64,000 bases of DNA from Alphaproteobacteria bacterium (GTDB taxonomy: Bacteria > Pseudomonadota > Alphaproteobacteria > JANSWW01). Of this stretch, positions 46,905-60,047 are shown in pieces. A program made the position numbers and the translations under genes. The notes under the pieces are model-generated. The model searched no databases and had not been told where the DNA came from. It saw nothing but the letters and a program-made list of their open reading frames with translations. Every line of letters begins with the position of its first letter. The first letter of the stretch is position 1. The stretch spans positions 414,300 to 478,299 of the forward strand of contig JANSWW010000001.1 in assembly GCA_024743275.1 (NCBI GenBank), written 5' to 3'.

Positions 46905-48425
46905 TCACTTGAGCGCTGTCGTCACGCCGCCGGTGGCGGCGTCGAGCGCGGTTTGATAGTTGCCGATGAGGTTCTCGACCGAGACCGCCATCACATCGAG
47001 GAAGGTCGCGGGATATATCCCCATCCACAGGGTCAGCACCACCAGCGGGGCGAAGATCGCGATCTCGCGGACATTCATGTCCTTCATGGCCCGGACATCG
47101 TCCTTGGTGATCACCCCGAAGACGATCCGGCGGTAGAGCCACAGCATATAGGCGGCCCCCAGCACCATCCCGCTCGCGGCCAGCAACGCGACCCAGGTAT
47201 TGACCTGGAAGGCGCCGAGCAGCGTCAGGAATTCGCCGACGAAGCCGGCCGTTCCCGGCAGTCCGACCGAGGCGAGGGTGAAGACCATGAAGACGATGGC
47301 GTATTTCGGCATGGTGTTGACCAGGCCACCATAGCGCTCGATCTCCCGCGTGTGCAGCCGGTCATAGACCACGCCGACACATAGGAAGAGCGCCGCCGAG
47401 ACGATGCCATGGCTCAGCATCTGGAAGATCGCGCCTTCCATACCCTGCTGGGTCACGGTGAACACGCCCATGGTCACGAAGCCCATATGGGCGACCGACG
47501 AATAGGCGATCAGCTTCTTCATGTCTTGCTGAGCGAGCGCCACCAGCGAGGTGTAGATCACCGCGACGACGCTCAGGGTGAAGACGAAGGGCGTGAAGAA
47601 GTCGGATGCTTCCGGCATCATCGGCACCGAGAAGCGGATGAAGCCGTAGCCCCCCATTTTCAACAGCACGCCCGCCAGGATGACCGACCCCGCCGTCGGC
47701 GCCTCGACGTGGGCGTCCGGCAGCCAGGTGTGAACCGGCCACATCGGCACCTTCACGGCGAAGGAGGCGAAGAAGGCGAGCCACAGCCAGTATTGGACCG
47801 CCGTCGGGAAGGTGGTGGTCAGCAGCGTCGGGATGTCGGTGCTGTTCGCCTGCCAGGCCATGGCGAGGATCGCCAGCAGCATGAGGACCGACCCGAGCAG
47901 CGTGTAGAGGAAGAACTTGAACGCCGCATAGACCCGGCGCGGGCCGCCCCACACGCCGATGATCAGGAACATCGGGATCAGCACGCCCTCGAAGAAGATG
48001 TAGAAGAGGACGATGTCCAGGGCGCAGAACATGCCGACCATGAAGGTCTCGAGGACCAGGAAGGCGATCATGTATTCCTTGACCCGGTCCTTCACCGACT
48101 CCCAGCTCGCCAGCACGCAGATCGGCGTTAGCAGCGTCGAGAGCAGAACGAAGAACATGGAAATCCCGTCCACGCCCATGTGGTAGGACAGGCCCCATTC
48201 CGGCATCCAGTCGACCTTCTCGACCATCTGGAAATCGGCGGTGGTGTAGTCGAAATTCACCCAGATCAACAGCGAGAGCGCGAAGGTGATCAGCGAGGTC
48301 CAGAGCGCCACCGCCTTGGCGTTGCGCGCTTCGACTTCCGCGTCGCCGCGGATCATCAAAATGAACAGCGCCCCCACCAGCGGCAGGAAGGTAACGAGGC
48401 TCAGAAGAGGCCAGGTCGCAGTCAT
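46905..48425 (-). CDS. nuoM: NADH-quinone oxidoreductase subunit M
   Basis: [33 protein letters not shown]. Confidence 0.97.
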   Translation of the reverse strand: MTATWPLLSLVTFLPLVGALFILMIRGDAEVEARNAKAVALWTSLITFALSLLIWVNFDYTTADFQMVEKVDWMPEWGLSYHMGVDGISMFFVLLSTLLTPICVLASWESVKDRVKEYMIAFLVLETFMVGMFCALDIVLFYIFFEGVLIPMFLIIGVWGGPRRVYAAFKFFLYTLLGSVLMLLAILAMAWQANSTDIPTLLTTTFPTAVQYWLWLAFFASFAVKVPMWPVHTWLPDAHVEAPTAGSVILAGVLLKMGGYGFIRFSVPMMPEASDFFTPFVFTLSVVAVIYTSLVALAQQDMKKLIAYSSVAHMGFVTMGVFTVTQQGMEGAIFQMLSHGIVSAALFLCVGVVYDRLHTREIERYGGLVNTMPKYAIVFMVFTLASVGLPGTAGFVGEFLTLLGAFQVNTWVALLAASGMVLGAAYMLWLYRRIVFGVITKDDVRAMKDMNVREIAIFAPLVVLTLWMGIYPATFLDVMAVSVENLIGNYQTALDAATGGVTTALK

Positions 48426-48431
48426 GTCTCG

Positions 48432-50363
48432 TTACCCCGCCAGCGTCAGAAGATACCAGGTGATGAAGATCACGACGCCGACCAGCATGACGAAGGCGTA
48501 ATGATAGAGATAACCGGACTGCAACCGGCTGACCCAGCCGGACAGGTCCTTGGTCAGGCCGGCGACCCCGTCCGGGCCGACCCCGTCGATCAGGTTGCCG
48601 TCGCCCGCCTTCCAGAAGCCGAAGCCGAGATAGAGCGAGGGCTTCACGAAAATCCGGTCATAGAGTTCGTCGAAGTACCATTTGTTGTAGAAGAAACGGT
48701 AGATCGGCCCGAACAGGCTGGACGAGATCGCCGGAATGATCGGGAAGAACATGTAGCAGACATAGGCGAATCCGATCCCGACCAGCCCGACCACGATCGG
48801 CAGCAGCTTGACCCAGAGCGGGACGTGATGGGCCGCCTCGATCGTGTCGTTCAGCACGAACAGCGACGCGCCCCAGAACGCCTCCCGCTCGTCGCCGACG
48901 AAATAGCCGTAGCCGAGATAGCCGGAGAACACCGCCCCCACCGCCAGCACATAGAGCGGAATGAGCATCACATTAGGGCTCTCATGGATATGGCTCATGA
49001 CCTCTGCGGAGGCCCGTGGCTTGCCGTGGAACGTCATGATGATCAGGCGCCAGCTATAGAAGGCGGTCAGGAAGGCCGCGATCACGCCCATCCAGAACGC
49101 GTACTGGCCGATGGTCGAATGGGCCGCATAGGCCGCTTCGATGACGATGTCCTTGGAGTACATCCCGGCGAAGAACGGAACCCCGGCCAGCGCCAGACTG
49201 CCGATCCACATCATCGCATAGGTGATCGGGATCTTCTTCCAGATGCCGCCCATCTTCCGCATGTCCTGTTCGTCGGACATGGCGTGGATCACCGCGCCGG
49301 CCCCCAGGAACAGCAGCGCCTTGAAGAAGGCATGGGTGAAGAGGTGGAACATCGCCGCGCCATAGGCCGACACCCCGGCGGCGAAGAACATGTAGCCGAG
49401 CTGGCTACAGGTCGAATAGGCGATCACCCGCTTGATGTCGAATTGGGTCAAGCCGACCGTGGCGGCGAAAATCGCCGTGGTCGCCCCCACGAAGGCGACG
49501 ATGTCGAGGGCCAGCGGGGCGTATTCGAACAGCGGCGACATCCGGCAGACCAGGAAGACGCCGGCCGTCACCATGGTGGCCGCATGGATGAGGGCCGAAA
49601 CCGGGGTCGGGCCCTCCATGGCGTCCGGCAGCCAGGTGTGCAGCATGAACTGGGCGGATTTTCCCATGGCCCCGATGAACAGCAGGATCGCCGCGATGGT
49701 CAGGGCGTCCGCCTCGATGCCGATGAAGCTGAACTGCTGGCCGACCATTTCCGGCGCCCGGGCGAAGATCTCGTCGAAGCTCACCGTCCCGAACAGGAAG
49801 AAGATCGCCATGATCCCGAGCGCGAAACCGACATCGCCGACCCGGTTGACGATGAACGCCTTCATGGCCGCCGCGTTGGCGCTGTCCTTGTGGTACCAGA
49901 AGCCGATCAGGAGATAGGAGGCGAGGCCCACGCCCTCCCAGCCGAAGAAAAGCTGCAGGAGGTTGTCCGCCGTCACCAGCATCAGCATGAAGAAGGTGAA
50001 CAGGCTGAGATAGGCCATGAAACGCGGCTTCGCGTCGTCATGGCTCATATAGCCGATGGAGTAGACATGGACCATGGTCGAGACGCCGTTGACCACGATC
50101 AGCATGACCGCCGTCAGCGTGTCGAAGCGCAAGGCCCAGTCGACCACGAAATCGCCGGAGATCACCCAGGTGAACAGCCGGATCGTGAAGGCGTCCCCGC
50201 CCAGCGCCACCTGGACGAAGACCATGATCGAGAGGATCAGCGCCCCGGCCATCCCGGCACAGGTGACGATCTGGCTCGCCCGGTCGCCGATGCTCCGGCC
50301 GAAGAAGCCGGCGATGAAGGCGCCGATGAGCGGCAGCAATACGATGAGTGCGTAGATCGACAT
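48432..50363 (-). CDS. nuoL: NADH-quinone oxidoreductase subunit L
   Basis: GKSAQF.LHTWLPDAMEGPTPVSALIHAATMV. Confidence 0.97.
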   Translation of the reverse strand: MSIYALIVLLPLIGAFIAGFFGRSIGDRASQIVTCAGMAGALILSIMVFVQVALGGDAFTIRLFTWVISGDFVVDWALRFDTLTAVMLIVVNGVSTMVHVYSIGYMSHDDAKPRFMAYLSLFTFFMLMLVTADNLLQLFFGWEGVGLASYLLIGFWYHKDSANAAAMKAFIVNRVGDVGFALGIMAIFFLFGTVSFDEIFARAPEMVGQQFSFIGIEADALTIAAILLFIGAMGKSAQFMLHTWLPDAMEGPTPVSALIHAATMVTAGVFLVCRMSPLFEYAPLALDIVAFVGATTAIFAATVGLTQFDIKRVIAYSTCSQLGYMFFAAGVSAYGAAMFHLFTHAFFKALLFLGAGAVIHAMSDEQDMRKMGGIWKKIPITYAMMWIGSLALAGVPFFAGMYSKDIVIEAAYAAHSTIGQYAFWMGVIAAFLTAFYSWRLIIMTFHGKPRASAEVMSHIHESPNVMLIPLYVLAVGAVFSGYLGYGYFVGDEREAFWGASLFVLNDTIEAAHHVPLWVKLLPIVVGLVGIGFAYVCYMFFPIIPAISSSLFGPIYRFFYNKWYFDELYDRIFVKPSLYLGFGFWKAGDGNLIDGVGPDGVAGLTKDLSGWVSRLQSGYLYHYAFVMLVGVVIFITWYLLTLAG

Positions 50364-50370
50364 CTAAGGA

Positions 50371-50682
50371 TTACCCCTTCATCGCATTGACGTCTTCGAC
50401 GGCGATGGTTCCGCGGTTGCGGAAGAACACCACCAGGATGGCGAGGCCGATCGCGGCCTCCGCGGCGGCGACCGTCAGGATGAACATGGCGAAGACCTGG
50501 CCGACCAGATCGCCCAGATGGCTGGAGAAGGCGACGAGGTTGATGTTGACCGCCAGAAGCATGAGTTCGATCGACATCAGGATGACGATGATGTTCTTCC
50601 GATTGAGGAAGATCCCGAAGACGCCGAGCGTGAACAGGATCGCCGCGACGGTCAGATAATGGGCCAGTCCGATTTCAAGCAT
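50371..50682 (-). CDS. nuoK: NADH-quinone oxidoreductase subunit K
   Basis: [33 protein letters not shown]; last 103 aa of the listed ORF. Confidence 0.96.
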   Translation of the reverse strand: MLEIGLAHYLTVAAILFTLGVFGIFLNRKNIIVILMSIELMLLAVNINLVAFSSHLGDLVGQVFAMFILTVAAAEAAIGLAILVVFFRNRGTIAVEDVNAMKG

Positions 50683-51296
50683 CACATGCCCTCCCCGGTC
50701 GGCACCTTGACGACGGTGACCGCCTCGCTGCGCTGTTTGGCGTTCTGCTTGGAGATGCTCTGCCGCTTGACGCCCTCCCGGGTTCGCAGGGTCAGCACGA
50801 TGGCCCCGATCATGGCGACAAGCAGGATCAGGCCCGCCGCCTGGAAGAGATAGACGTAGTGGGTATATATCACCTGGCCGAGCGCTTCGGTGTTGGTGAC
50901 CTCGGTGACCGGCGGGATCGGCTGGCCGAGGGCGGCCTCGATCTCCGGCGTCAGCACCCAGGCCCCGCCGATGAGGGCGAGTTCCATGAGAAGAACGATC
51001 CCGACCAGCATCCCGATCGGCAGGTATTGCAGGAAGCCCTGGCGCAACTGCGCCACGTTCACATCCAGCATCATGACGACGAAGAGGAAGAGAACCGCCA
51101 CCGCGCCGACATAGACGATGACCAGGATCATCGCCAGGAACTCGGCGCCGAGCAGCACGAAGAGTCCCGCCGAATTGAAGAAGGCGAGGATCAGGAACAA
51201 GACGGAATGCACCGGGTTCCTGCTCGACACGACCATCACCGCCGACGCGACGGTAATGCCCGCGAACAGATAAAAGGCCAAAGCCTGGATAACCAT
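50682..51296 (-). CDS. nuoJ: NADH-quinone oxidoreductase subunit J
   Basis: [27 protein letters not shown]. Confidence 0.97.
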   Translation of the reverse strand: MVIQALAFYLFAGITVASAVMVVSSRNPVHSVLFLILAFFNSAGLFVLLGAEFLAMILVIVYVGAVAVLFLFVVMMLDVNVAQLRQGFLQYLPIGMLVGIVLLMELALIGGAWVLTPEIEAALGQPIPPVTEVTNTEALGQVIYTHYVYLFQAAGLILLVAMIGAIVLTLRTREGVKRQSISKQNAKQRSEAVTVVKVPTGEGM

Positions 51297-51388
51297 ACCC
51301 CCTCACCACATCTTCCGGGCGGCCGGGTGTCTGCCGCCCTTCTTCGGTACCCTCGGACGGGCGCTAGGCCCGCCGCGCCCCAACTTGC

Positions 51389-51877
51389 TCAGCGATAGGC
51401 GGCCTCGCGGGTCAGGTTGGCCTGAATCTCCGCTTCCCACCGGTCACCGTTCGCGAGCAATTTGTCCTTGTTGTAGAAAAGCTCCTCGCGGGTTTCCGCG
51501 GCGAACTCGAAATTCGGTCCCTCGACGATGGCGTCCACCGGGCAGGCCTCCTGGCACAGGCCGCAATAGATGCACTTCGTCATGTCGATGTCGTACCGCG
51601 TCGTCCGGCGGCTGCCGTCCTCGCGCGGTTCGGCCTCGATGGTGATCGCCTGGGCCGGGCAGATCGCCTCGCACAGTTTACAGGCGATGCAGCGCTCCTC
51701 GCCGTTCGGGTAGCGGCGCAGCGCGTGCTCGCCCCGGAACCGACTGGAGATCGGCCCTTTTTCATGTGGGTAGTTGATCGTGTATTTCGGCTTGAAGAAA
51801 TACTTCAGCGTCAGCGCCATGCCGGAGACCAACTCCCACAGAAGGAAACTACGCGCGGTACGATCGAGGAAGGCCAT
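51389..51877 (-). CDS. nuoI: NADH-quinone oxidoreductase subunit I
   Basis: Two CxxCxxCxxxCP ferredoxin motifs, [18 protein letters not shown]. Confidence 0.98.
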   Translation of the reverse strand: MAFLDRTARSFLLWELVSGMALTLKYFFKPKYTINYPHEKGPISSRFRGEHALRRYPNGEERCIACKLCEAICPAQAITIEAEPREDGSRRTTRYDIDMTKCIYCGLCQEACPVDAIVEGPNFEFAAETREELFYNKDKLLANGDRWEAEIQANLTREAAYR

Positions 51878-51892
51878 CGGGTCATCCTTTCC

Positions 51893-52909
51893 TTATGCCG
51901 GAACCCAGTCGAAGGCGACCAGAACGCCGGCCGTCAAAACCACCCAGAGCAGCGAGAACGGCAGGAACACCTTCCAGCCGAGCCGCATCAACTGGTCATA
52001 GCGGTAACGCGGGAAAGTGGCCCGCACCCACAGGAACACGAAGAGCAGGAAGGCGACCTTGAGGCCGAACCAGATCGGTCCCGGAATCCAGTTGAACGGC
52101 GCGATGTCCACCGGCGGAAGCCAGCCCCCCAGGAACAGCACCGTGGCGATCCCGCTCATCAGGATCATGTTGGCGTATTCGCCGAGGAAGAAGAGCGCGA
52201 AGCTCATGGACGAGTATTCGACCATGAAGCCGGCCACCAATTCCGATTCGCCCTCCGGCAGATCGAAGGGCGCCCGGTTCGTCTCCGCCAACACGGAGAT
52301 GAAGAAGATCACGAACATCGGCAGCAGCGGCACCGCGAACCAAATGGTTTGTTGCGCCATGACGATGTCGGTGAGGTTAAGCGAACCGACGCAGAGCAGC
52401 ACCGTCACCATGACGAAGCCGATCGAGACCTCGTAGGAGACCATCTGGGCCGCCGAGCGGAGCGCGCCGAGGAAGGGGTATTTCGAGTTCGACGCCCAAC
52501 CGGCCATGATCACGCCATAGACGCCGAGAGAGGAGATCGCGAAGAGATAGAGGATGCCGACATTGATGTCGGAAATGACCCACCCCTCGTCGAACGGGAT
52601 AACCGCCCAGGCGATGATCGCCAGGATGAAGGTCAGCATCGGCGCCATCAGGAAGACGATCCGGTTGGAGCCCGCGGGCAGGATCGTTTCCTTGGTCAGA
52701 AGCTTGAGCGCGTCGGCGATGGGCTGCAGCAGGCCGAACGGCCCGACCGTCATCGGTCCCTGACGCAACTGGATCGCGCCGATCACCTTGCGTTCGGCAT
52801 AGGTCAGATAGGCGACCCCAAGCAGAATCGGGATCATCACCGCGACGATCTGGGCGACGATGATCGCCGTCGGGATCACATAACCTTCGAGGAATGCGCC
52901 CTCACCCAT
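51893..52909 (-). CDS. nuoH: NADH-quinone oxidoreductase subunit H
   Basis: [33 protein letters not shown]. Confidence 0.97.
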   Translation of the reverse strand: MGEGAFLEGYVIPTAIIVAQIVAVMIPILLGVAYLTYAERKVIGAIQLRQGPMTVGPFGLLQPIADALKLLTKETILPAGSNRIVFLMAPMLTFILAIIAWAVIPFDEGWVISDINVGILYLFAISSLGVYGVIMAGWASNSKYPFLGALRSAAQMVSYEVSIGFVMVTVLLCVGSLNLTDIVMAQQTIWFAVPLLPMFVIFFISVLAETNRAPFDLPEGESELVAGFMVEYSSMSFALFFLGEYANMILMSGIATVLFLGGWLPPVDIAPFNWIPGPIWFGLKVAFLLFVFLWVRATFPRYRYDQLMRLGWKVFLPFSLLWVVLTAGVLVAFDWVPA

Positions 52910-54962
52910 CGGTCCCCGTCCTTTCCGTCTGCGCCAGGAAAGCCTCCGTACAGGCCGCCATCGTCTGGGACGCGCGACTGATCGGATCCGTCATGTAGTA
53001 GTTGTCGATCGGCAGCGTGAAGGCCGCGTCGTCCATGGCCCCGTCGGTGCCGAAATCGCCCCAATCGCCGGCGGCGACATGGTCGAGCCGGGCGAGCGCG
53101 CCGTTCAGCTCGATCATCCGCTTCTGAAGCTGATCGATAGTGTCATAGGGCAGCTTCGCGCCGAGCGGTTCGGAGACCGCGCGCAGGATCTTCCAGTCCT
53201 CCCGCGCATCGCCGAGCGGCAGATGGGAATAGCGGGTCCGCTGGACCCGGCCCTCGGTCGAGACATAGGTCCCGTTCTTCTCCGTGTAGGCGGCCCCCGG
53301 CAGGATCACGTCCGCCGCGTGGGCGCCCTTGTCGCCATGGTGACCCTGATAGATCACGAAGGTGTTCTCGAAGGCCGCCGTGTCGAGTTCGTCGGCGCCC
53401 AAGAGCCAAACCGCCTCGAGTTCGCCCTTGCCGGCCGCCTCCAGCATCCCGGCCGTGTCGAGGCCACCCTCGCCCGGCAGGAAACCGATTTCGAGGCCGC
53501 CGACCCGGCTGGCCGCGCGATGCAGGACGTTGAAGCCGTTCCAGTCCTCGGTCACCAGACCGTAGCTGTCGGCGATCTTCTTGGCCGCGCCCAGAACCCG
53601 GGCGCCGTCCGTCCGGGCCAACGCGCCGGAGCCGACGATGATCATCGGCTTCTCGGCCGCCTTCAGCACCTCGGCGAAGGGGTGCTTACCGTCGACGACC
53701 TCCTGCAGGGTCTGCGGCCCGGCCCCGATCCAGTCGACGTCATAGGTGAGGTCCAGCCGCGGGCCGATCCCGGCGACTTCGATATCCGTCGCGAGCCACG
53801 TCTTGCGGATCCGCGCGTTGACCAGCGGCGCTTCCCATCGCGGGTTGGTGCCGACCAGCAGGATGGCGTCCGCCTCCTCGATCCCGGCGATGGAGGTGTT
53901 GAAGAGATGGCCCGCCCGCGCGCCACCGCCGACCTTGGCGCCGTCCTGGCGGCAGTCGATGTTCGGGCTGCCGAGGCCGGTCATCAGGTCCTTGAGCGCC
54001 AGCATCGACTCGACGTCTGCGAGATCGCCGGCGATGGCGCCGATCTTCTTGCCGTCCATGCCGGAAAGCTTGTCGCGGATCGCCGTGAAGGTCTCCGCCC
54101 AACTCGCCGCCTTGAGCTTGCCGTCGACCCGCACGAAGGGCCGGTCGAGCCGCTGCCGCTTGAGGCCGTCGCAGGCATAGCGGGTCTTGTCCGCGATCCA
54201 CTCCTCGTTCACGTCCTCATGGATCCGCGGCAGCACGCGCAGCACTTCGGAGCCCCGGCTGTCGACCCGGATGTTGGAGCCGACCGCGTCCATCACGTCG
54301 ACGCTCTCGGTCTTTGTCAGTTCCCAGGGACGGGATTTGAAGGCATAGGGCTTGGAGGTGAGCGCCCCGACCGGACACAGATCGATGACGTTGCCGGACA
54401 ACTCGGAGGCCAGCGCCTTTTCCAGATAGGTCGTGATCTCGGCGTTCTCGCCCCGGTTCAGCATCCCCATCTCGTCGACGCCGGCGATCTCGGTCGAAAA
54501 CCGGACGCAGCGCGTGCAGTGGATGCAGCGGGTCATGATCGTCTTGATCAGCGGGCCCATATGCTTGTCGGACACCGCCCGCTTGTTCTCGATGAACCGG
54601 CCGCGGTCGAAACCGTAGGCCATGGACTGGTCCTGCAGGTCGCATTCGCCGCCCTGATCGCAGATCGGGCAGTCCAGCGGATGGTTCGCCAACAGGAACT
54701 CCATCACGCCGTTGCGGGCCTTTTTCACCAGGTCGGTGTCGGTCTTGATGACCATGCCGTCGCCGGCCGGGAAGGCACAGCTCGCCACCGGTTTCGGCGC
54801 TTTCTCCATCTCGACCAGGCACATCCGGCAATTGCCGGCGATCGACAGGCGGTCGTGATAACAGAAACGCGGAATCTCGACCCCGGCCTCCTCGCAGGCC
54901 TGCAGGACGGTCGCCCCCTGGGGGACCTCAACCTCGATCCCGTCGACGGTCAGTTTTGGCAT
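52902..54962 (-). CDS. nuoG: NADH-quinone oxidoreductase subunit G
   Basis: [34 protein letters not shown]. Confidence 0.98.
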   Translation of the reverse strand: MPKLTVDGIEVEVPQGATVLQACEEAGVEIPRFCYHDRLSIAGNCRMCLVEMEKAPKPVASCAFPAGDGMVIKTDTDLVKKARNGVMEFLLANHPLDCPICDQGGECDLQDQSMAYGFDRGRFIENKRAVSDKHMGPLIKTIMTRCIHCTRCVRFSTEIAGVDEMGMLNRGENAEITTYLEKALASELSGNVIDLCPVGALTSKPYAFKSRPWELTKTESVDVMDAVGSNIRVDSRGSEVLRVLPRIHEDVNEEWIADKTRYACDGLKRQRLDRPFVRVDGKLKAASWAETFTAIRDKLSGMDGKKIGAIAGDLADVESMLALKDLMTGLGSPNIDCRQDGAKVGGGARAGHLFNTSIAGIEEADAILLVGTNPRWEAPLVNARIRKTWLATDIEVAGIGPRLDLTYDVDWIGAGPQTLQEVVDGKHPFAEVLKAAEKPMIIVGSGALARTDGARVLGAAKKIADSYGLVTEDWNGFNVLHRAASRVGGLEIGFLPGEGGLDTAGMLEAAGKGELEAVWLLGADELDTAAFENTFVIYQGHHGDKGAHAADVILPGAAYTEKNGTYVSTEGRVQRTRYSHLPLGDAREDWKILRAVSEPLGAKLPYDTIDQLQKRMIELNGALARLDHVAAGDWGDFGTDGAMDDAAFTLPIDNYYMTDPISRASQTMAACTEAFLAQTERTGTDG

Positions 54963-54996
54963 TGTTCAGCCTTTCCCCTTCACCCGAACCCGGTTC

Positions 54997-56283
54997 TCAG
55001 TCCGCCGCCGCGGCCATCTCGTGATAACGCTTGATCCGGGCCTCCATCTCCGGCCGGAAATGCCGGATCAGCCCCTGGATCGGCCACGCCGCGGCATCGC
55101 CCAAGGCACAAATGGTATGGCCCTCGATCTGCTTGGTGACGTCGAACAGGGTATCGATCTCGTCCGGCTCGGCCTTGCCGGCCACCATGCGCTCCATCAC
55201 CCGCCACATCCAGCCGGTGCCCTCGCGGCAGGGCGTGCACTGGCCGCAGCTCTCATGCTTGTAGAAATGCGCCAGATTGGCGATCGCCTTCACGATGTCG
55301 GTCGACTTGTCCATGACGATGACCGCCGCGGTGCCGAGACCCGACTGGACCTCGCGCAGGCTGTCGAAATCCATCAGGACATTGTCGCAGATGTCCTTGG
55401 GCAGGCAGGGCACGGACGACCCGCCGGGGATCACCGCCAGCAGATTGTCCCAGCCGCCGCGCACGCCGCCGGCATATTTCTCGATCAACTCCTTGAGCGG
55501 GATGCCCAATTCCTCTTCCACATTGCACGGCTTGTTCACATGGCCGGAGATGCAGAAGATCTTGGTCCCGGAGTTCTTCGGGCGGCCCAGCGCCTCGAAC
55601 CATTCCGGACCGCGCCGCAGGATTTCCGGCGCGACGGCGATGGTTTCCACATTGTTGACCGTGGACGGACAGCCATAGAGTCCGACGCCCGCCGGGAAGG
55701 GCGGCTTCAGGCGCGGCTGACCCTTCTTACCTTCGAGGCTTTCCAACAGCGCGGTTTCCTCGCCGCAGATATACGCCCCCGCCCCGCGATGCAGGACGAT
55801 GTCGAAACGGATGCCCGCCCCGCAGGCGTTGTCGCCGAGAAGACCGGCGTCATAGGCCTCGTCGATGGCGGCCTGAATGTTGTGGGCCTCGTTGACGAAC
55901 TCGCCGCGGATATAGATGAAGGCGGTCTCCGCCCCCATGGCGAAGCCTGCGACCACGCACCCTTCCAGCAGGCGGTGCGGATCGTAGCGCAGGATGTCCC
56001 GGTCCTTACAGGTGCCCGGCTCGGACTCGTCGGCGTTGACCACGAGATAATGCGGCCGCTCGCCCACTTCCTTGGGCATGAAGGACCATTTGAGGCCGGT
56101 CGGGAAACCGGCGCCGCCACGGCCGCGCAGGCCTGAGGCTTTCATCTTTTCGATGATCTCCGCCTTGCCCAGTTCGATCAGCGCCTTGGTGTTGTCCCAA
56201 ATCCCGCGCTTCTTCGCCCCGGCGAGGCGCCAATCGTGGACACCATAGAGATTGGTGAAGATCCGATCCTTGTCCTGCAGCAT
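54997..56283 (-). CDS. nuoF: NADH-quinone oxidoreductase subunit F
   Basis: [38 protein letters not shown]. Confidence 0.98.
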   Translation of the reverse strand: MLQDKDRIFTNLYGVHDWRLAGAKKRGIWDNTKALIELGKAEIIEKMKASGLRGRGGAGFPTGLKWSFMPKEVGERPHYLVVNADESEPGTCKDRDILRYDPHRLLEGCVVAGFAMGAETAFIYIRGEFVNEAHNIQAAIDEAYDAGLLGDNACGAGIRFDIVLHRGAGAYICGEETALLESLEGKKGQPRLKPPFPAGVGLYGCPSTVNNVETIAVAPEILRRGPEWFEALGRPKNSGTKIFCISGHVNKPCNVEEELGIPLKELIEKYAGGVRGGWDNLLAVIPGGSSVPCLPKDICDNVLMDFDSLREVQSGLGTAAVIVMDKSTDIVKAIANLAHFYKHESCGQCTPCREGTGWMWRVMERMVAGKAEPDEIDTLFDVTKQIEGHTICALGDAAAWPIQGLIRHFRPEMEARIKRYHEMAAAAD

Positions 56284-56897
56284 CAGTCGTCCCCTCCCTC
56301 GACCAGGGTTTGCGGACCGCCCTCCGGCGCGGAGCCCTGACGGCCGATGACGGAACCGTGTTCCGGCGCCTCGTCCTTGGCGAGCTTGTCCAGCAGCGCT
56401 TCGGTGCTCGGGCCATCGAGGTCTTCATAGAAGTCGTCGTTGACCTGAATGACCGGCGCGTTCACGCAGGCCCCCAGGCATTCCACCTGCATCATCGAGA
56501 ATTTGCCGTCCGGAGTCGTCTCGCCGAAATCGATGCCGAGCTTCTTCTTGCAGGCCTCGTGCATCGCGTCGGCGCCACGCAGCCAGCACGGTGTCGTCAT
56601 GCAGAGTTGCAGGTGGTATTTCCCGACCGGCGCCAGATTGTACATCGTATAGAAGGTCGCGACCTCCAGCACCCGCATCTTGGCCATGCCGAGGAACTTG
56701 GCGATGTATTCGATCGCCGCCATCGGCAGCCAGTTGTCATGCTGGCGCTGGGCCAGGTCGAGCAGCGGCATCACCGCGCTCTGCTGGCGGCCTTCCGGGT
56801 ATTTCGCCACGATCTTGTTCGCCGTTTCGAGGTTTTCGGGCGTGAACTCGAAGCTCTCGACATGGGGGACGGCGACTTCCCGGGCGGGACCACTCAT
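56283..56897 (-). CDS. nuoE: NADH-quinone oxidoreductase subunit E
   Basis: [25 protein letters not shown]. Confidence 0.97.
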   Translation of the reverse strand: MSGPAREVAVPHVESFEFTPENLETANKIVAKYPEGRQQSAVMPLLDLAQRQHDNWLPMAAIEYIAKFLGMAKMRVLEVATFYTMYNLAPVGKYHLQLCMTTPCWLRGADAMHEACKKKLGIDFGETTPDGKFSMMQVECLGACVNAPVIQVNDDFYEDLDGPSTEALLDKLAKDEAPEHGSVIGRQGSAPEGGPQTLVEGGDD

Positions 56898-58072
56898 CGG
56901 TCGATCTCCCCGAACACAACGTCAAGCGACCCGAGGATCGCCACCGAATCGGCCAGGAGATGGCCGCGGCACATGAAATCCATCGCCTGCATGAACAGGA
57001 AACCGGGCGCCCGGATCTTGCAGCGATAGGGCTTGTTGGTCCCGTCGGAGACCAGGTAGACGGCGAATTCGCCCTTCGGCGCCTCGACCGCCGTATAGGT
57101 CTCGCCCGCCGGCACGTGATAGCCCTCGGTATAGAGCTTGAAGTGGTGAATCAGGGCTTCCATGGAGCGCTTCATCTCGGCGCGCGGCGGCGCGGAAACC
57201 TTCCGGTCCTCGGTCTTGAACGGCCCGTCAGGCATCCGCTCGATCGCCTGCTTGATGATCTTCAGGCTCTGCCGCATCTCCTCGACCCGGACGAGATAGC
57301 GGGCATAGCAGTCGCCGTCCTTGGAGATCGGGATATCGAAATCGAACTCCTCATAGCTGTCATAGGGCTGCGATTTACGCAGATCCCAAGGCAGTCCGGA
57401 GGCGCGCATCACCGGGCCGGTGAGGCCCCAGTTCTGACAGTCCTCGATGGAGATGACCCCGATATCGACCGTGCGCTGCTTGAAGATCCGGTTTTCGGTC
57501 AGCAGCCCTTCGATATCGTCGATGATGGTCGGGAAATGCTCGGTCCAGGCGATGATGTCGTCCATCAGGCCCGCCGGCAGATCATAGGTCACCCCGCCCG
57601 GCCGGAAATAGGCGGCATGGAGCCGGGCGCCGGAGGCCCGCTCGTAGAACTCCATGATCTTCTCACGCTCTTCGAAGCCCCAGAGCAGCGGTGTCATGGC
57701 GCCGACATCGATGGCGAAGGTCGTAAGGTTCAGGAGGTGGTTCGCGATCCGGGTCAGCTCGCTGTAGAGCACGCGGATATACTGGGCGCGCTTCGGCACC
57801 TCGATATCCAGGAGCTTTTCGACGCCGAGCGCGAAGCCGTGCTCCTGATTCATCGGCGAGACATAGTCCAGCCGGTCGAAATAGGGCACCGCCTGAAGAT
57901 AGGTCTTGTATTCAATGAGCTTTTCCGTGCCCCGGTGCAAGAGACCGATATGCGGATCGGCCCGCTCGATCACCTCGCCCTCCATCTCCAGAACGAGACG
58001 GAGCACACCGTGCGCGGCCGGATGCTGCGGCCCGAAATTGAGGGTCAGCGGCTTGATATGGTTCTCAGCCAT
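56894..58072 (-). CDS. nuoD: NADH-quinone oxidoreductase subunit D
   Basis: [16 protein letters not shown]-terminal DVVFGEIDR. Confidence 0.98.
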   Translation of the reverse strand: MAENHIKPLTLNFGPQHPAAHGVLRLVLEMEGEVIERADPHIGLLHRGTEKLIEYKTYLQAVPYFDRLDYVSPMNQEHGFALGVEKLLDIEVPKRAQYIRVLYSELTRIANHLLNLTTFAIDVGAMTPLLWGFEEREKIMEFYERASGARLHAAYFRPGGVTYDLPAGLMDDIIAWTEHFPTIIDDIEGLLTENRIFKQRTVDIGVISIEDCQNWGLTGPVMRASGLPWDLRKSQPYDSYEEFDFDIPISKDGDCYARYLVRVEEMRQSLKIIKQAIERMPDGPFKTEDRKVSAPPRAEMKRSMEALIHHFKLYTEGYHVPAGETYTAVEAPKGEFAVYLVSDGTNKPYRCKIRAPGFLFMQAMDFMCRGHLLADSVAILGSLDVVFGEIDR

Positions 58073-58691
58073 TCTGAGCGCCCTCCTCCGGCGTCTCGGC
58101 CTTCTCGTCGCCCGGCAGATGCTTGGTCATGCCTTCCCAGGGCGACAGGAAATCGAAGCTACGGAAATCCTGGGTCAGCTTGACCGGCTCGTAGATCACC
58201 CGCTTCTGATCCTCGTCATAGCGGACCTCGACATAACCGGTCAGCGGGAAGTCCTTGCGCAGCGGATGCCCCTCGAAACCGTAGTCGGTGAGGATCCGGC
58301 GCAGATCCGGGTGGCCGGAGAACATGATCCCGAACATGTCCCAGACCTCGCGCTCCAGCCAATTCGCCGCCGAGAAGACCGGCACGACGGAGGGAACCGG
58401 GTTTTCCTCGTCGGTCGTCAGCTTCACCCGGATCCGGGTGTTGTTCTTGGTCGACATCAGATTGTAGACGACCTCGAAGCGCTCCTCGGCCTCCGGATAG
58501 TCCACCGCCGTGACGTCGACGAGCATCTTGAACAAGCAGGACGCGTCGTCGCGCAGAAAGGTCAACAACCGGACGATCGACTGCGGCCGGGTCCAGATCA
58601 TCAACTCGCCCAGACGGGTTTCCGTCCGCACCACATCATCGGCGCGCTGCTGGGTCAGAATGTCTTCGACGTCTTTCAAATGCTGGCTCAT
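58065..58691 (-). CDS. nuoC: NADH-quinone oxidoreductase subunit C
   Basis: [28 protein letters not shown]. Confidence 0.97.
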   Translation of the reverse strand: MSQHLKDVEDILTQQRADDVVRTETRLGELMIWTRPQSIVRLLTFLRDDASCLFKMLVDVTAVDYPEAEERFEVVYNLMSTKNNTRIRVKLTTDEENPVPSVVPVFSAANWLEREVWDMFGIMFSGHPDLRRILTDYGFEGHPLRKDFPLTGYVEVRYDEDQKRVIYEPVKLTQDFRSFDFLSPWEGMTKHLPGDEKAETPEEGAQNG

Positions 58692-58739
58692 GGCGTCTCC
58701 AGCCGGAAGGGATGCGTCAATCGGAAGCCGGACCGCGCC

Positions 58740-59288
58740 TTAGCGGGCGATGGTCGACGTCCGCTGGATTTTCTTTTGCAGTTGCAGAATGCCGTAGAGC
58801 AGCGCTTCCGCCGTCGGGGGGCAGCCCGGCACATAGATATCGACCGGCACGATGCGGTCGCAGCCGCGCACCACGGAGTAGCTATAGTGATAGTAGCCGC
58901 CGCCATTGGCGCAGCTTCCCATGGAGATCACGTAGCGCGGCTCCGCCATCTGGTCGTAAACCTTGCGCAGGGCGGGCGCCATCTTGTTGGTCAGTGTCCC
59001 GGCGACGATCATCACGTCCGACTGACGCGGGCTCGGCCGGAAAATGATGCCATAGCGGTCGAGGTCGTACCGGCTCGCCGCCGTATGCATCATCTCGACG
59101 GCGCAACAGGCGAGCCCGAAGGTCATCGGCCACAGCGATCCGCTGCGCGCCCAGCCAACCAGCTTGTCGAGATTGGCGACGATGAAGCCCTTGTCCTGAA
59201 GCTCGCCGGTGACCCGGCCCAGCAGTTCGTCCTGCTCGGCACCGGGCGCCAGGGGCACACCGCCCTCGCGGGTCAGGCTCACTCCCAT
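58740..59288 (-). CDS. nuoB: NADH-quinone oxidoreductase subunit B
   Basis: [26 protein letters not shown]. Confidence 0.98.
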   Translation of the reverse strand: MGVSLTREGGVPLAPGAEQDELLGRVTGELQDKGFIVANLDKLVGWARSGSLWPMTFGLACCAVEMMHTAASRYDLDRYGIIFRPSPRQSDVMIVAGTLTNKMAPALRKVYDQMAEPRYVISMGSCANGGGYYHYSYSVVRGCDRIVPVDIYVPGCPPTAEALLYGILQLQKKIQRTSTIAR

Positions 59289-59644
59289 TCCAGAGCTCCT
59301 TTCTTCCACTCATAGATAAAGCCGACGGTCAGGATCCCGAGGAACACGACCATCGACCAGAATCCGAACACCCCGATATCGCCGAGGGAGATCGCCCAGG
59401 GGAACAGGAAGGCGACTTCCAGATCGAAGATGATGAACAGGATCGCCACCAGGTAGAAACGGACGTCGAACTTGGAGCGGGCGTCGTCGAACGCCTCGAA
59501 CCCGCATTCGTAGGCGGACAATTTTTCGGAGTCCGGCCTGCTCGGGCCCAAAACAAACGAGGCGGCGAGCATCAGCGTCGCCATGACGATGGCGATCCCC
59601 AGGAAGATGAGGATCGGCAGATATTCCAACAGTAGCGCGTCCAT
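59279..59644 (-). CDS. nuoA: NADH-quinone oxidoreductase subunit A
   Basis: [34 protein letters not shown]. Confidence 0.97.
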   Translation of the reverse strand: MDALLLEYLPILIFLGIAIVMATLMLAASFVLGPSRPDSEKLSAYECGFEAFDDARSKFDVRFYLVAILFIIFDLEVAFLFPWAISLGDIGVFGFWSMVVFLGILTVGFIYEWKKGALEWE

Positions 59645-59831
59645 TCCCGTATCCCCCGATTCGGGTCCGATCCCTGTGGATCGGATGTGCCCGCTTTATA
59701 AGCGTGCTGCGGTGCCGAAGAAAAGGGATTTCGTACCCTTACACCTCCGGAGACACCGCTTATAGCCATGGATTAGAAAAAACGAAAGCGCTGCCGGACC
59801 TCTGGCGGCATCAGGACGCAGAAACGGCAAC

Positions 59832-59851
59832 AAAAAGAGGCGGAAGCCCCC
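59832..59851 (-). terminator. Possible weak intrinsic terminator between the methyltransferase gene and nuoA
   Basis: Minus strand GGGGGC-ttcc-GCCTCT-TTTT; the stem needs two G-U pairs. Confidence 0.35.
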
Positions 59852-59954
59852 CTTGCGGGCAATAATTGGGTTTTTTCGTTTTCCGGGAATAATCGTGAAA
59901 CCTGGCGCGATTCATCGCCTCCTGCTGGGGGTAGCGCGGATACGGTGCTCCGCG

Positions 59955-60020
59955 CACCCTGCGCACACCCTGCGCACACCCTGCGCACACCCTGCGCACA
60001 CCCTGCGCACACCCTGCGCA
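59955..60020. repeat. Tandem repeat, 11-bp unit CACCCTGCGCA, 6 perfect copies
   Basis: Units start at 59955, 59966, 59977, 59988, 59999 and 60010; each contains the palindrome TGCGCA. Confidence 0.97.
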
Positions 60021-60047
60021 CAATGGATGCTGGCCTGTCCCTTCTGT

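Noticed and set aside
59797..59807. 11-bp match (GACCTCTGGCG) to tRNA-Asp as a possible att site
   Set aside because: Too short, internal to the tRNA rather than its 3' end, and no integrase nearby; compatible with chance
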